A stretch of DNA of 64,000 nt from an uncultured Verrucomicrobiae bacterium (GTDB lineage Bacteria; Verrucomicrobiota; Verrucomicrobiia; Chthoniobacterales; UBA10450): NCBI GenBank assembly GCA_963756875.1, contig CAVWPA010000001.1, positions 192,001 to 256,000 of the forward strand, written 5' to 3'. Made by a program: the position numbers and the translations under genes. Each line of letters opens with the position of its first letter. The first letter of the stretch is position 1. The notes beneath the pieces were generated by a model. It did no database searches, was not told the origin of the DNA, and saw only the letters and a program-made list of their open reading frames with translations. Shown piece after piece: positions 44,898 to 54,808 of the stretch.

Positions 44898-46241
44898 CTA
44901 ATCGCCCTGGGCCACCGCGTCTGCAAAAGCGACGTCGCCCGATTTTAAATCAAGCTCGGCTTCCGCGGATGTGCCGAAGACGCGTGCGCGGTTCTCGTCG
45001 AATTCCTTTTCCCAGCGCGCGACGACCACGGTCGCGAGACAATTTCCAATCACGTTGACACAGGTGCGCCCCATATCCATCAATTCGTCCACGCCGAAAA
45101 TGACGGCGACACCGACGGCTCCGAGGCCTGCCGGCACAAATGAATTCAATGTGGCAAGCAAAATGACCAGCGACGCGCGCGGCACACCCGCTACTCCCTT
45201 GGACGTGAGCATTAACGTCAGCATCATCGTAATCTGCTGACCAATTCCCATGTGCCAGCCCATGGTCGTCTCGGCGGCCTGCGCAACGAACACGGACGCT
45301 GTCGCGAGATACAATGTCGATCCTGTAAGATTGAATGAATAGCCTGTCGGCATCACGAACCCGACAACGTGCGGAGGCACGCCGAATCGCTCCATGGCCT
45401 CCATCGCTTTTGGCAACGCGGACTCACTGCTTGTCGTCGCGAATGCGAGGGCGGCAGGCTCCCGCACCGCGCGCACGAATTGCCGCAACGGGACGCGTAC
45501 AATAAAAATGACCGCGCCAAAAACGAGCACGACCAAAATGACCAGAGCGATGTAAAGTGAGAGGATTAGCTCGCCGAGATTCTCGAGCACGCCAAGGCCG
45601 TGCGCCGCAACCGTGTGCGCCATGGCTGCCCCGACGCCGACCGGCGCGAACATCATCACGTAATTGGTGAATTTGAACATGATCTGCGAGAGGCTTTCCA
45701 TCGCGCGAACCATCGGCCTGCCTTTTTCTCCAATCGCGGATATGGCCAGCGCAAAAAGGACGGAGAAGGCAACGATCTGCAGCACGTCGCCGCGCACCAT
45801 GGAATCAATGACGCTGGACGGGAAGACGTGCACCAGCGTCTGAACAAAGCTGGCGGGATGAGTTTGGCCGATCGTTTTAATGGCGTCGGTGCTGCCGGCG
45901 GCGAGCGTGACGCCAACCCCCGGCTTCATAAAATTCACGACCGCCAGTCCAATGACGAGCGCCGCAGTCGTTACGAGCTCGAAATAGATCAACGCCTTCA
46001 GACCCATTCGGCCGATTTTTCGTAGCGCGCCCGCACCGGCGATTCCGACGACAATGGTTGAGAAGACGAGCGGCGCGATGATCGACTTGATTAGATTGAT
46101 GAAGATGTCGCGCAGGAAATAGACGGCGTTTCCCCAGTCGGGCCGAAGCCATCCAATCAGCGCGCCAGCGACAAGGCCGATCATGATCTGCGTGGTTAAC
46201 GACGGGCGATACCACGGTCGGCGGGTAGTCTTCGCAGTCAT
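44898..46241 (-). CDS. gltP: Dicarboxylate/amino acid:cation symporter (GltP/DctA family)
   Basis: AFATTSSESALP, PTGYSFNL, TSKGVAGVP, MDMGRTCVNVIGN. Confidence 0.92.
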   Translation of the reverse strand: MTAKTTRRPWYRPSLTTQIMIGLVAGALIGWLRPDWGNAVYFLRDIFINLIKSIIAPLVFSTIVVGIAGAGALRKIGRMGLKALIYFELVTTAALVIGLAVVNFMKPGVGVTLAAGSTDAIKTIGQTHPASFVQTLVHVFPSSVIDSMVRGDVLQIVAFSVLFALAISAIGEKGRPMVRAMESLSQIMFKFTNYVMMFAPVGVGAAMAHTVAAHGLGVLENLGELILSLYIALVILVVLVFGAVIFIVRVPLRQFVRAVREPAALAFATTSSESALPKAMEAMERFGVPPHVVGFVMPTGYSFNLTGSTLYLATASVFVAQAAETTMGWHMGIGQQITMMLTLMLTSKGVAGVPRASLVILLATLNSFVPAGLGAVGVAVIFGVDELMDMGRTCVNVIGNCLATVVVARWEKEFDENRARVFGTSAEAELDLKSGDVAFADAVAQGD

Positions 46242-46293
46242 CGCGTCGCTTTTAGCACAAAGCGCGAGAATAAAACAGCGTGTGTTTCTGATC

Positions 46294-46426
46294 CGCGTAA
46301 CGCACGCGTCTCGCGTGCTGGTTTCGGCGCCCTCGCCGAAACAGGCTTTTCTTTGGCGCGCAACCGGAGGGAAAGTTCGCGATGGCGAGACGCCATCGCC
46401 AGCACGCGAGACGCGTGCGCTACCCG
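46294..46426. repeat. Long branched palindromic REP-like element
   Basis: gcacgcgtctcgcgtgctgg ... ccagcacgcgagacgcgtgc with internal hairpins; partial relative at 25853-25910. Confidence 0.85.
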
Positions 46427-46450
46427 GAAAGATGCGCTCAATTAGGCGTA

Positions 46451-47626
46451 ATGTTTCTGAGGGATCTCGAGTGCTCGTCCTGTGGGCTTCGGCACGAATG
46501 GGCGCGGTTGCAGAATGTTTGCACCGCGTGCGGCAAACCGCTTTTTGCCGTCGTTGATCTTGCCGCGGCAGGCAAACTTGACTGCTTAAAGCAGTCAAGT
46601 TTGCGCGAGGCTTTTAGAGCCCGCGAGAAATCGTTGTGGCGTTACCGTGAACTTCTGCCACTGCCGGCCGACGCCGAGCCGATTTCGTTAGGCGAAGGCG
46701 GAACACCACTGCTGCGCGCGAAGAAATTTGGCGAAGACATTGATCTTTGGATTAAGGACGAATCGCAAAATCCGACGCAAAGTTTCAAGGCGCGCGGCAT
46801 GTCCGTGGCCGTCTCAATGGCGAAATTTCTGGGGGCGACGAAGCTCGCTGTGCCGAGCGCGGGTAACGCCGGCGGCGCCCTTGCGGCTTACGCTGCTCGT
46901 GCAGGTGTCGAGAGTCACATCTTCATGCCGCGCGACACGCCGCGCGCAAACATCGTCGAATGCAGGGAGCTGGGCGCACATGTTACACTCATTGACGGAC
47001 TCATCACGGATTGCGGCGCAGAGATTGCGCGCCGCAAAACAGCCGAGGGCTGGTTCGATATGTCCACACTAAAGGAACCGTACCGTCTCGAGGGAAAAAA
47101 GACCCTCGGCTACGAATTGGCGGAGCAGCTCGATTGGAAACTGCCCGATGCGATTCTTTATCCAACCGGCGGCGGCACGGGCCTCATCGGAATGTGGAAG
47201 GCGTTCGACGAAATGGAAGCGCTCGGTTGGATCGATAAGAAGCGTCCGCGCATGTTTTCCGTGCAGGCAAGCGGATGCGCTCCAATCGTTCGCGCGTTTG
47301 AGGCCGGAGAAGAATTCGCTGCCGAGTTTCCAAACGCGCACACTTGCGCATCGGGTCTTCGCGTTCCGAAAGCGATCGGCGATTTCCTCATGCTCAAAAT
47401 TCTTCGCCAGTCCGATGGCGGCGCCGTGACTGTCGACGACGAGGAGATGATCCGCATGACCCGCGAGGTGGGATCAAGTGAGGGCGTGTTCGTCGCACCC
47501 GAGGGCGCAGCCTGCTTCGCGGCATTGAGGTCACTCCGTTCCGCTGGCAAAATCTCAGCCGGCGAAAAAGTGGTGATCTTCAACACCGGCTCGGGCATTA
47601 AATATCTCGACTGCTACGATTCGTAA
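46451..47626 (+). CDS. thrC: Threonine synthase (PLP fold II)
   Basis: [49 protein letters not shown]. Confidence 0.9.
   Translation: MFLRDLECSSCGLRHEWARLQNVCTACGKPLFAVVDLAAAGKLDCLKQSSLREAFRAREKSLWRYRELLPLPADAEPISLGEGGTPLLRAKKFGEDIDLWIKDESQNPTQSFKARGMSVAVSMAKFLGATKLAVPSAGNAGGALAAYAARAGVESHIFMPRDTPRANIVECRELGAHVTLIDGLITDCGAEIARRKTAEGWFDMSTLKEPYRLEGKKTLGYELAEQLDWKLPDAILYPTGGGTGLIGMWKAFDEMEALGWIDKKRPRMFSVQASGCAPIVRAFEAGEEFAAEFPNAHTCASGLRVPKAIGDFLMLKILRQSDGGAVTVDDEEMIRMTREVGSSEGVFVAPEGAACFAALRSLRSAGKISAGEKVVIFNTGSGIKYLDCYDS
46572..46604. repeat. Perfect 16-bp inverted repeat inside thrC
   Basis: gcaaacttgactgctt-a-aagcagtcaagtttgc, 33 nt. Confidence 0.9.
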
Positions 47627-47729
47627 GCTGCGATACAGGCTTTCGGAGCTCGCTCGCGAAGGCTTTCGGAGTTGAGGATTGAGCCTTGAGTTGGCAAGCT
47701 TTGAAAAATCTCAACCACTAATCCACCGG

Positions 47730-49394
47730 ATGCCCGCTGTTCTAAATCTGCTCCGAATCAAGAATCTCGCCCTCGTTGAAGAGCTTGAGTGGCAGATCGC
47801 GCCCGGCTTTGTTGCAGTCACTGGCGAGACCGGCGCGGGGAAATCGATCATTATCGGGGCGCTGCAACTTTTACTCGGTGAACGAGCGGACAAATCGCTT
47901 ATCCGAACCGGGGCCGACATTTGCACCGTGGAAGCAATCTTCACGGGCGACGGTTTGCAGAAATTAAATTTGCAGCTGGTCGAGGCCGGCATTGAACCGT
48001 GCGAGAGCGATCTCATCATCAAGCGCACTTTGTCCGCCGCTGGAAGTAATCGCCAGTTCATCAACGGGTCGCCTACCACATTGTCCATTCTGAAAAGCCT
48101 GGGCGACGGTCTGGTGGACCTTCACGGACCGCACGACCATCAATCGCTGCTCTCGCCGGAGAAGCAGCTGGATCTGCTCGACTCCTTCGCAAGGGCCCGG
48201 GAACAGCTTGAACAGTATCAAAAGTATTTCCGGCAATTGCAGGCCCTGGTGGCGGAGCATGCCGCTCTTAATACCGCCGAAACGGCTCGTGAGCAGGAGC
48301 TCGATTTGCTGCGCCATCAAATCGCCGAAATTTCGGGAGCCAATCTCGTCGCGGGCGAAGAGGAAGAGATCGAAAGGCGTTACAAGCTCGCCAGCAATAG
48401 CAAGCGGTTGATCGAACTTGCCGGTGCGATCGCAGGCAAACTTTCGGAAGCGGACGGCTCTGTGCTTTCGCAACTCGCGGAAACACAGCGTCTGCTACGC
48501 GAGTTGGAAAAAATCGATCATTCCATTTCGCAATTTTCCACGACGCATGAAACGGCTGTGATCGAACTTTCCGAAACCGCGCGTTCTCTTTCCGATTACG
48601 CCGAAAAGCTCGATCTCGATCCAGCGCAGCTGGCCGCGCTCGAGGAACGCGTCTCGCTTTTTGAAACGTTGAAGCGCAAGTACGGCGGCTCGATCGCGGA
48701 AGTAATCGCATTTGGCGATCGGGCAGCCGAGCGCATGCGCAAAATCGAGGGACGCGACGTCGAACTGGAACGTCTGGCGAAAGAAATCGAAGAAACGCGC
48801 CGTCAAATGGATCGCGCCGGCGAAGCGTTGCGCAAACTGCGCGCCAGGGCCGCGCCGAAACTTTCTGAAATGATCCGAAAAAATTTGGCTGATCTCGGTT
48901 TTCGCCAGTCCGAGTTCGAAGCAAAGCTCAATGCTCTGGACGAGCCGCGCATAAACGGTTTCGATTCAGCCGAATTGCTATTTTCACCGAATCCCGGCGA
49001 ACCGCTGAAACCGCTTCGTGCAATCGCCTCCAGTGGTGAAATTTCTCGCGTGATGCTTGCGGTCAAATCCGCGCTCGCAGCACACGACGCGATTCCCTTG
49101 CTGGTGTTCGATGAGATCGATACGAATGTGGGAGGCGAAATTGCGCACGCGGTCGGCGCGAAAATGCGAACGCTGGCGAGCGAGCATCAGCTCATCTGCA
49201 TCACGCACCTCGCGCCGGTCGCAGCTGCTGCTTCTTCGCATTTTGTGGTGACAAAGGATGTGGTGCGCGGTCGCACGTTTTCGAATTTGTGCGAAGTGAG
49301 CGGCAAGGCGCGCCAGGAAGAAATCGCGCGCATGCTGGGCGGAAAAAGCGAATCGGCGTTGCAACTTGCCGCGACACTGCTGAAGGGCCGGTAG
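47730..49394 (+). CDS. recN: DNA repair protein RecN
   Basis: TGETGAGKS, LHGPHDHQ, ASSGEISRVML, FDEIDTNVGG, CITHLAPVAA. Confidence 0.97.
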   Translation: MPAVLNLLRIKNLALVEELEWQIAPGFVAVTGETGAGKSIIIGALQLLLGERADKSLIRTGADICTVEAIFTGDGLQKLNLQLVEAGIEPCESDLIIKRTLSAAGSNRQFINGSPTTLSILKSLGDGLVDLHGPHDHQSLLSPEKQLDLLDSFARAREQLEQYQKYFRQLQALVAEHAALNTAETAREQELDLLRHQIAEISGANLVAGEEEEIERRYKLASNSKRLIELAGAIAGKLSEADGSVLSQLAETQRLLRELEKIDHSISQFSTTHETAVIELSETARSLSDYAEKLDLDPAQLAALEERVSLFETLKRKYGGSIAEVIAFGDRAAERMRKIEGRDVELERLAKEIEETRRQMDRAGEALRKLRARAAPKLSEMIRKNLADLGFRQSEFEAKLNALDEPRINGFDSAELLFSPNPGEPLKPLRAIASSGEISRVMLAVKSALAAHDAIPLLVFDEIDTNVGGEIAHAVGAKMRTLASEHQLICITHLAPVAAAASSHFVVTKDVVRGRTFSNLCEVSGKARQEEIARMLGGKSESALQLAATLLKGR

Positions 49395-49580
49395 GGATGG
49401 CTCTCAGAGCCGTCCGATGAATCCTTCGAGGGTCCCTCTTTATAAATTGTAGGGTGTTTGATTCGCTTTTTTCCAAAAAAGCTCGCCCTTTCTGCCCTTC
49501 CCGTCTATGTCGCTCGCGTCCCCGCGGCTCCATTCTGTGAACCCCGAAAGCCTTCGGGGCTGACACAGACGCCCTACAAA

Positions 49581-50171
49581 TTATGTCGTCACAGGCCCAA
49601 GCGGCAACACCGTTTTGCCGTACAGTTCGTTCAGCACTTGCGCGAGCCCGGCGTAGATCGCGGAGAAACCGCAGAGAATCCCTTCATAGCCGGTGGCGTG
49701 TCTAAACCCTGCACTCGCGCCCGTGAAATCGCCGAATGCGAGCAGAAAGAACAGAATCGTCAGGGTCCCGAAAACAACCTGCAGCGCCCGGTTAAGTCGC
49801 AAAGTGCCGATAAACATGACGGCGGTGAAAAGTCCCCACATGGCGAGATAAGCAGCCATTGCCGTTTCATTGGACGGCGCTCCCCATCCCAGTTTTGCCA
49901 GGACAATCAGTGTGACGAGAGAGAGCCAAAACAGCCCGTAGGAGACGAACGCGGTCACGGCAAAAGTGTTTCCCTTTTTCCATTCCATGGCGCCGGCGAT
50001 GAGTTGCGCGGCGCCGCCGTAGCAAATGCCCATTGCCAGGATCATGCTGTTGAGCTCAAAAAAACCTGCGTTGTGAAAGTTGAGCAGGACGGTAGTCATG
50101 CCGAAGCCGAGCAACCCCAGCGGGGCGGGATTCCCCGTGGTGTCTTTGATTTGAATAGCCTCTCCGTTCAT
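49581..50171 (-). CDS. satP: Acetate/succinate uptake transporter (GPR1/FUN34/YaaH)
   Basis: [30 protein letters not shown]. Confidence 0.93.
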   Translation of the reverse strand: MNGEAIQIKDTTGNPAPLGLLGFGMTTVLLNFHNAGFFELNSMILAMGICYGGAAQLIAGAMEWKKGNTFAVTAFVSYGLFWLSLVTLIVLAKLGWGAPSNETAMAAYLAMWGLFTAVMFIGTLRLNRALQVVFGTLTILFFLLAFGDFTGASAGFRHATGYEGILCGFSAIYAGLAQVLNELYGKTVLPLGPVTT

Positions 50172-50392
50172 GAGAGCCAGTCTGTTGAGAAACGGTTCGA
50201 CAGCGCAATCACAATATTGGGTGATTGGCGCGATAAGCGGCAGTGATATTGATCAATCGCCAGTTTGAGGTTGAACAGCGCGCCCTGACCTCAGTCCCCT
50301 CCCTCAGGGAGAGAAGGTAAGGGCGGTTTCACATCGATCCATCTGGTCGAACAGGCCTTGGCATAAGCGCTTCTACAATTTATTAAGAACGG

Positions 50393-51748
50393 GTGCTCAA
50401 TTTCATCTGGCTAGGGCTGGTCGTGCTGGCGGTCGCCATCGGCGGTTGGAACAACCGTTTCGCAGAAGTAACCGCTGGCGCGCTCGACGGAGCCAAGACG
50501 GCGGTCGTGATCGCGTTGGGACTGATCGGGATCATGGCGTTATGGCTCGGTGTGATGCGACTGGCGGAGCGCGCCGGTCTCGTCCAGCGAATGGCGCTTG
50601 GGCTGCGCCCGTTGCTAAGCCGCCTTTTCCCGGAAATTCCACCCGACCATCCCGCGATGGGTTCGATGTTGATGAACATGGCGGCAAACATGCTCGGCCT
50701 CGGCAATGCCGCGACGCCGCTCGGCCTGCGCGCGATGCGAGATCTGGAGGCGCTTAATCCGCGGCCGGGCGTAGCCAGTAACGCCATGTGCACGTTTCTG
50801 GCGATCAACACAAGCTCAGTGCAACTGATTCCGACCACGGCGATCGCGATCCTCGTCGCGGCGGGATCGGCCAGACCGACGGCGATTGTCGGCACCGCGC
50901 TCATCGCGACTCTTTGCGCGGCAACGGTGGCGATCGCTTCGGCCAAATTTTTGCAAGATCTGCCGATCTTCCGGGCCGTTGCCGTAAAGGATTCGAACGA
51001 ACCTGAGCCGAAAGTGCAAGCTCCAGCCAAGCCATCGACAGACCATCTTGCGTTCGATGACGAATCGCTCGCGCAACCGCCGGCCGTCCGGCCCGCGGCC
51101 TGGGGTTCGATCGCCATGGTGCTGCTGGGAGTCTTCTTCGGAATGGCTTTTCTTCGAATGGTGGCGCCGGGAGTTTTTCATCTTCCTCTTCCGGCGGAGG
51201 TGGCGAATCAGAATCTATTTGCGCGCTCGGTGAACGCACTGTCGATCCTGGCAATTCCGTTTTTGCTCAGCTTTTTTCCAATCTATGCGGCGGCGCGCGG
51301 CCTGAAGGTCTATGACGAGTTTGTGGAAGGAGCAAAGGAAGGGTTCAACGTTATTCTGAAAATTATCCCGTTCCTGGTGACGATGCTGGTGGCCATCGGC
51401 ATGTTCAAAGGCGCAGGCGGAATCGAATTGCTGACGCAGGCGCTCAGTCCCATTTTAACGCCGCTGCATTTTCCACCTCAACTGGTGCCCCTGGCGTTGA
51501 TGCGGCCGTTGAGTGGGAGCGCGACGCTGGCCCTGTTGACCGAGGTCGTTCATAACCTGGGGCCTGACAGCATCATTAGCCTGATGGCCGCCACGATCTA
51601 TGGAAGCACGGAGACGACATTTTATGTGGCAACGGTTTATTTTGGATCGGTCGGCATCCGGCAAACACGGCATGCGATTCCTGCGGGTTTGCTGGCCGAC
51701 CTGACTGGAGTGATTGCGTCCGTGATTATTTGCCGGGCGGTGTTGTAG
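50393..51748 (+). CDS. Fused SpmA/SpmB (nucleoside-recognition GATE) membrane protein
   Basis: ANMLGLGNAATPLG, FLAINTSSVQLIP, RPLSGS, GSTETTFYV..YFGSVGI. Confidence 0.9.
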   Translation: MLNFIWLGLVVLAVAIGGWNNRFAEVTAGALDGAKTAVVIALGLIGIMALWLGVMRLAERAGLVQRMALGLRPLLSRLFPEIPPDHPAMGSMLMNMAANMLGLGNAATPLGLRAMRDLEALNPRPGVASNAMCTFLAINTSSVQLIPTTAIAILVAAGSARPTAIVGTALIATLCAATVAIASAKFLQDLPIFRAVAVKDSNEPEPKVQAPAKPSTDHLAFDDESLAQPPAVRPAAWGSIAMVLLGVFFGMAFLRMVAPGVFHLPLPAEVANQNLFARSVNALSILAIPFLLSFFPIYAAARGLKVYDEFVEGAKEGFNVILKIIPFLVTMLVAIGMFKGAGGIELLTQALSPILTPLHFPPQLVPLALMRPLSGSATLALLTEVVHNLGPDSIISLMAATIYGSTETTFYVATVYFGSVGIRQTRHAIPAGLLADLTGVIASVIICRAVL

Positions 51749-51908
51749 CGACCGGCGAGCGATAAAGGTCGAACGTGCCACAGACACATGGCTACAGCGC
51801 CGTTTCCGAAAGCAAAGGGTGCCTGGAAGAGTCGTAACAAGTTGCAAATGACACAATTTTTCCCTCGCCAGTTGCTGAATTGATTGCCTATCGTCACGTT
51901 CGTTAGAA

Positions 51909-53090
51909 ATGATTCAACGCGATTATCTCATCGTCGGCAGCGGGATCGGCGGCGCCAGTGCGTGCGAAGGAATTCGCAAGTACGACAAGCGCGGCACAAT
52001 CACGCTGGTTGGCGCGGAAATGTCTCCCACGTATAAGCGCTGGATTCTGTCGAAGAGTTTTTTGCGCGAAAAAAATCCGGACCTGAAGAAGCTGCAGGAG
52101 TTTGATGAACGCTGGTTTCGCGCGCACAAGGTCGAGACCCGGTTGGGGACAATTGTGACGCAATTTAACATCGACCGGCGCCTGGCCGTGCTGGCGAACG
52201 GCCAGAGCATCGAGTTTAAGAAGGCCTGCCTGGCGATGGGTAGCCGGCCGGTAAGGCCGCCGGTGGCGGGCGTGACCCTGGGGAACGTTATTTATTTGCG
52301 GACGGTTCGCGATGCGCTTGCCCTGCGCGAAATGGCAGGCCTTGAAAAGACAGTCACGGTGGTCGGCGGCGGTTTACTGGCCTGTGAAGCCGCGGCCAGT
52401 CTGCGAATGATGAAGCTGAAAGTAAGCATCATGCATCGAGACGCGTATTTGCTGAATCGGTACGTTGATTCGCAAACAGGCGCGTGGCTCACGGAGTATT
52501 TTATCAAACATGGCGTCACCATGCTGGTGGGAGAAAGCCTCAATGGTTTCGAAGGAAAGACGGTCTTGCGGAATATTCAGACAAAGAGCGGGAATCGTGT
52601 GCCCGCCGGACTGGCGGTGGTGGCGTGCGGCGCGGAACCGAACCTCGATCTGGTACGCAACACGCCGCTCTCAGGACCGCATGGCTCGCCGGTAACGGAA
52701 TATCTGGAGACGGAGGAAAAAGGAATTTACGCTATCGGCGACCTGGCGTTTTACCCGGACCGATTGATGGGTGGCGTGCGCCGACAGACGCACTGGGAAA
52801 ACGCGCGGGAACAAGGGTTAATCGCGGGGGCGAACATGACGGGTAAAAAGCGCATTCGCTACGAACAGATTCCCTACTTCTGGACTGAAATGTTCGATCT
52901 GACGATGCACTTCGTGGGCGACTTCAGCATACCTCCAACGCGGATCGACCTCCGCGGCACGCATGCCAAGAGAAAATTCGTTGCGCGCCATTACCAGGGA
53001 GAAAAATTGCGCGGCATTTTGCTTTGTAATCAAACGCGGCATGAAATCGATGTGGCGAAAAAGGAGGTGCGTCACGCCTTGGGGAAATGA
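51909..53090 (+). CDS. FAD/NAD(P)-dependent oxidoreductase (ferredoxin reductase-like)
   Basis: IVGSGIGG, IYAIGD, HWENAREQG, PYFWTEMF. Confidence 0.88.
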   Translation: MIQRDYLIVGSGIGGASACEGIRKYDKRGTITLVGAEMSPTYKRWILSKSFLREKNPDLKKLQEFDERWFRAHKVETRLGTIVTQFNIDRRLAVLANGQSIEFKKACLAMGSRPVRPPVAGVTLGNVIYLRTVRDALALREMAGLEKTVTVVGGGLLACEAAASLRMMKLKVSIMHRDAYLLNRYVDSQTGAWLTEYFIKHGVTMLVGESLNGFEGKTVLRNIQTKSGNRVPAGLAVVACGAEPNLDLVRNTPLSGPHGSPVTEYLETEEKGIYAIGDLAFYPDRLMGGVRRQTHWENAREQGLIAGANMTGKKRIRYEQIPYFWTEMFDLTMHFVGDFSIPPTRIDLRGTHAKRKFVARHYQGEKLRGILLCNQTRHEIDVAKKEVRHALGK

Positions 53091-53129
53091 ATCTGCAGTT
53101 GGCTTCGTTCTCGCGTCGTCGCGGTGCGT

Positions 53130-53621
53130 TCACTCGAAGCCCGGCGAAATTTCAAGCTCGGGATTGGTAACGTAAACGAGTCTCCAGTCCCACGGTTTGC
53201 TCGACATTCGACGCCACGTCAGTTCGAATGGTTTCGAGAGTGCATTGACGCGCTGTTTGACCAGAGCAGTTGCGTCGTCGGCACTGGCGCCATCCATTAC
53301 GATTCTGGCCCGCAAAATCCCCCGATGTCCGTCGATTTCCACCGTCGGATCAACCAACTGAATTTTCACGCGGCGCATGTAGCGAAAGACCTCTTGTGTC
53401 CGGGCCAGCACAAGCGAACGGTCGTCGCCCCATCGATCTTTGTAGTCGCTCCCGATGAAAGCGCCGACAGCAGCCCAGTTTTTTTTCTCCAGGTTTCGAA
53501 GAAGATTTTCCGTGTGACGATTCACCTGGCGTTGCGGTTGCCAAAGCCAGATCAGGAAGAGGCCGTTAACTAAAGCGAGCCCGAGCCCGGCGTAGAATCC
53601 CTCACGTAACCAGTTGCTCAT
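53130..53621 (-). CDS. Hypothetical membrane-anchored protein (NTF2-like)
   Basis: N-terminal TM (GLGLALVNGLFLIWLW) followed by an alpha/beta domain; start MSNWLREG. Confidence 0.65.
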   Translation of the reverse strand: MSNWLREGFYAGLGLALVNGLFLIWLWQPQRQVNRHTENLLRNLEKKNWAAVGAFIGSDYKDRWGDDRSLVLARTQEVFRYMRRVKIQLVDPTVEIDGHRGILRARIVMDGASADDATALVKQRVNALSKPFELTWRRMSSKPWDWRLVYVTNPELEISPGFE

Positions 53622-53797
53622 GTTGGCAAATCTAGTCCAACTGCCGAACGGTGCACCAGGCTGGGGCTGTCGCGCGGCGCACCCGCCAAAGTGCTTGTCC
53701 GATTTTCCATTGTCGATGCCGAGCCGGACGGAAAATTGCGTTGACGCGCCCCGGGTAAACGGGCATGAAGCGTGCTCACAAGAAGGAGCTTTGATTA

Positions 53798-53881
53798 ATG
53801 CTGACCCTCGGTGCTTTTGCGATTGCTGTCGTCGCTGTCCTTGCGTGCGTCTGGTGGGCATGTTTGGACGAGACCGACTAA
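53798..53881 (+). CDS. Candidate 27-aa single-TM small protein
   Basis: AAGGAG 9 nt upstream of ATG; MLTLGAFAIAVVAVLACVWWACLDETD*; ends 18 nt before the response regulator. Confidence 0.5.
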   Translation: MLTLGAFAIAVVAVLACVWWACLDETD

Positions 53882-53899
53882 ACTTGGAAGGGGCGGCTT

Positions 53900-54724
53900 G
53901 TGCTTGATAACGAAGACGTGAAGTGGATCGCATCCACTTCCACGGAATTGAATTCAATGCTTCAGCAGATCGCGCGATATACCGATCTGGCCCGGGGACA
54001 TAAAGGCGAGCATGGCTATCTCGACCTGCTTGGTGAAAGGGTGGAGCTTGCTTCCAAAACGGCGCAGTCACTTTTTGATCAGGTGACGTCAAAGATTCTT
54101 ACCGGGGCTTCTCGAAGATCTGCCGCCGCGCGCGGAGTGTCAGGCGGATTTACAGTCGTTCCACCGCCCGGCATCCCGGAGAGGCCACTGGTTTCAGCCG
54201 ACCCTGAGACGCGACAAGTCGGACGACGTGCCTCGACCGAGCACTGGCGAGGGACCGGAAATGGCAAGACAGACAAAGCCAAAAATCCAAATGGTGCCGG
54301 GATCCCAGCCGACGCCCGGGTGAGAAACCCCAGGGGCAATCGAGAGTATATTCTGTTTATCGAAGACGAACCGGAGGTGGCCGAGGTAGCGGCAGATATG
54401 CTCGCCGAGGAAGGTTACAAGGTGATCCTTGCTCACGACGGATTTGAGGCACTTAAAATTTATGCCAAAGCGAGCAAACAGATTGGCCTGGTCATTCTCG
54501 ATTTTTTCCTGCCGGTCATGGATGGAGATGCCGTTTTCGATGAGTTGCGCGCCATCAACCCCAAAGTCAACGTTGTCCTAAGCAGCGGATTCGCCGAGCA
54601 AAACAAGATCGGCTCGATGCTTGCACAGGGCCTCCGCGGATTTATTCCCAAGCCGTATACCCGGGAGAAGTTGCTCGAACAGGTACGTTCCACTCTGGAC
54701 GCTGGCCGCCAGACGCAGCGCTAG
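53900..54724 (+). CDS. Response regulator receiver with N-terminal HisKA-like helices
   Basis: ILFIEDE..ILDFFLPVMDG..LSSG..FIPKPY receiver at the C-terminus. Confidence 0.9.
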   Translation: MLDNEDVKWIASTSTELNSMLQQIARYTDLARGHKGEHGYLDLLGERVELASKTAQSLFDQVTSKILTGASRRSAAARGVSGGFTVVPPPGIPERPLVSADPETRQVGRRASTEHWRGTGNGKTDKAKNPNGAGIPADARVRNPRGNREYILFIEDEPEVAEVAADMLAEEGYKVILAHDGFEALKIYAKASKQIGLVILDFFLPVMDGDAVFDELRAINPKVNVVLSSGFAEQNKIGSMLAQGLRGFIPKPYTREKLLEQVRSTLDAGRQTQR

Positions 54725-54808
54725 TCCCGCCGGGAGACGGCGGCCTCGGCAGGGCTCCGGAATCGGTGCCTCATGGCATCAATTTAGCTTCTCTGGAAAG
54801 GGACGCTC

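Noticed and set aside
44898..46598. Long N-terminal extensions of gltP and thrC in the ORF track (likewise gmd, rph, terC, mddA)
   Set aside because: The extensions run through intergenic repeats or neighbouring genes; conserved domains begin at downstream starts.
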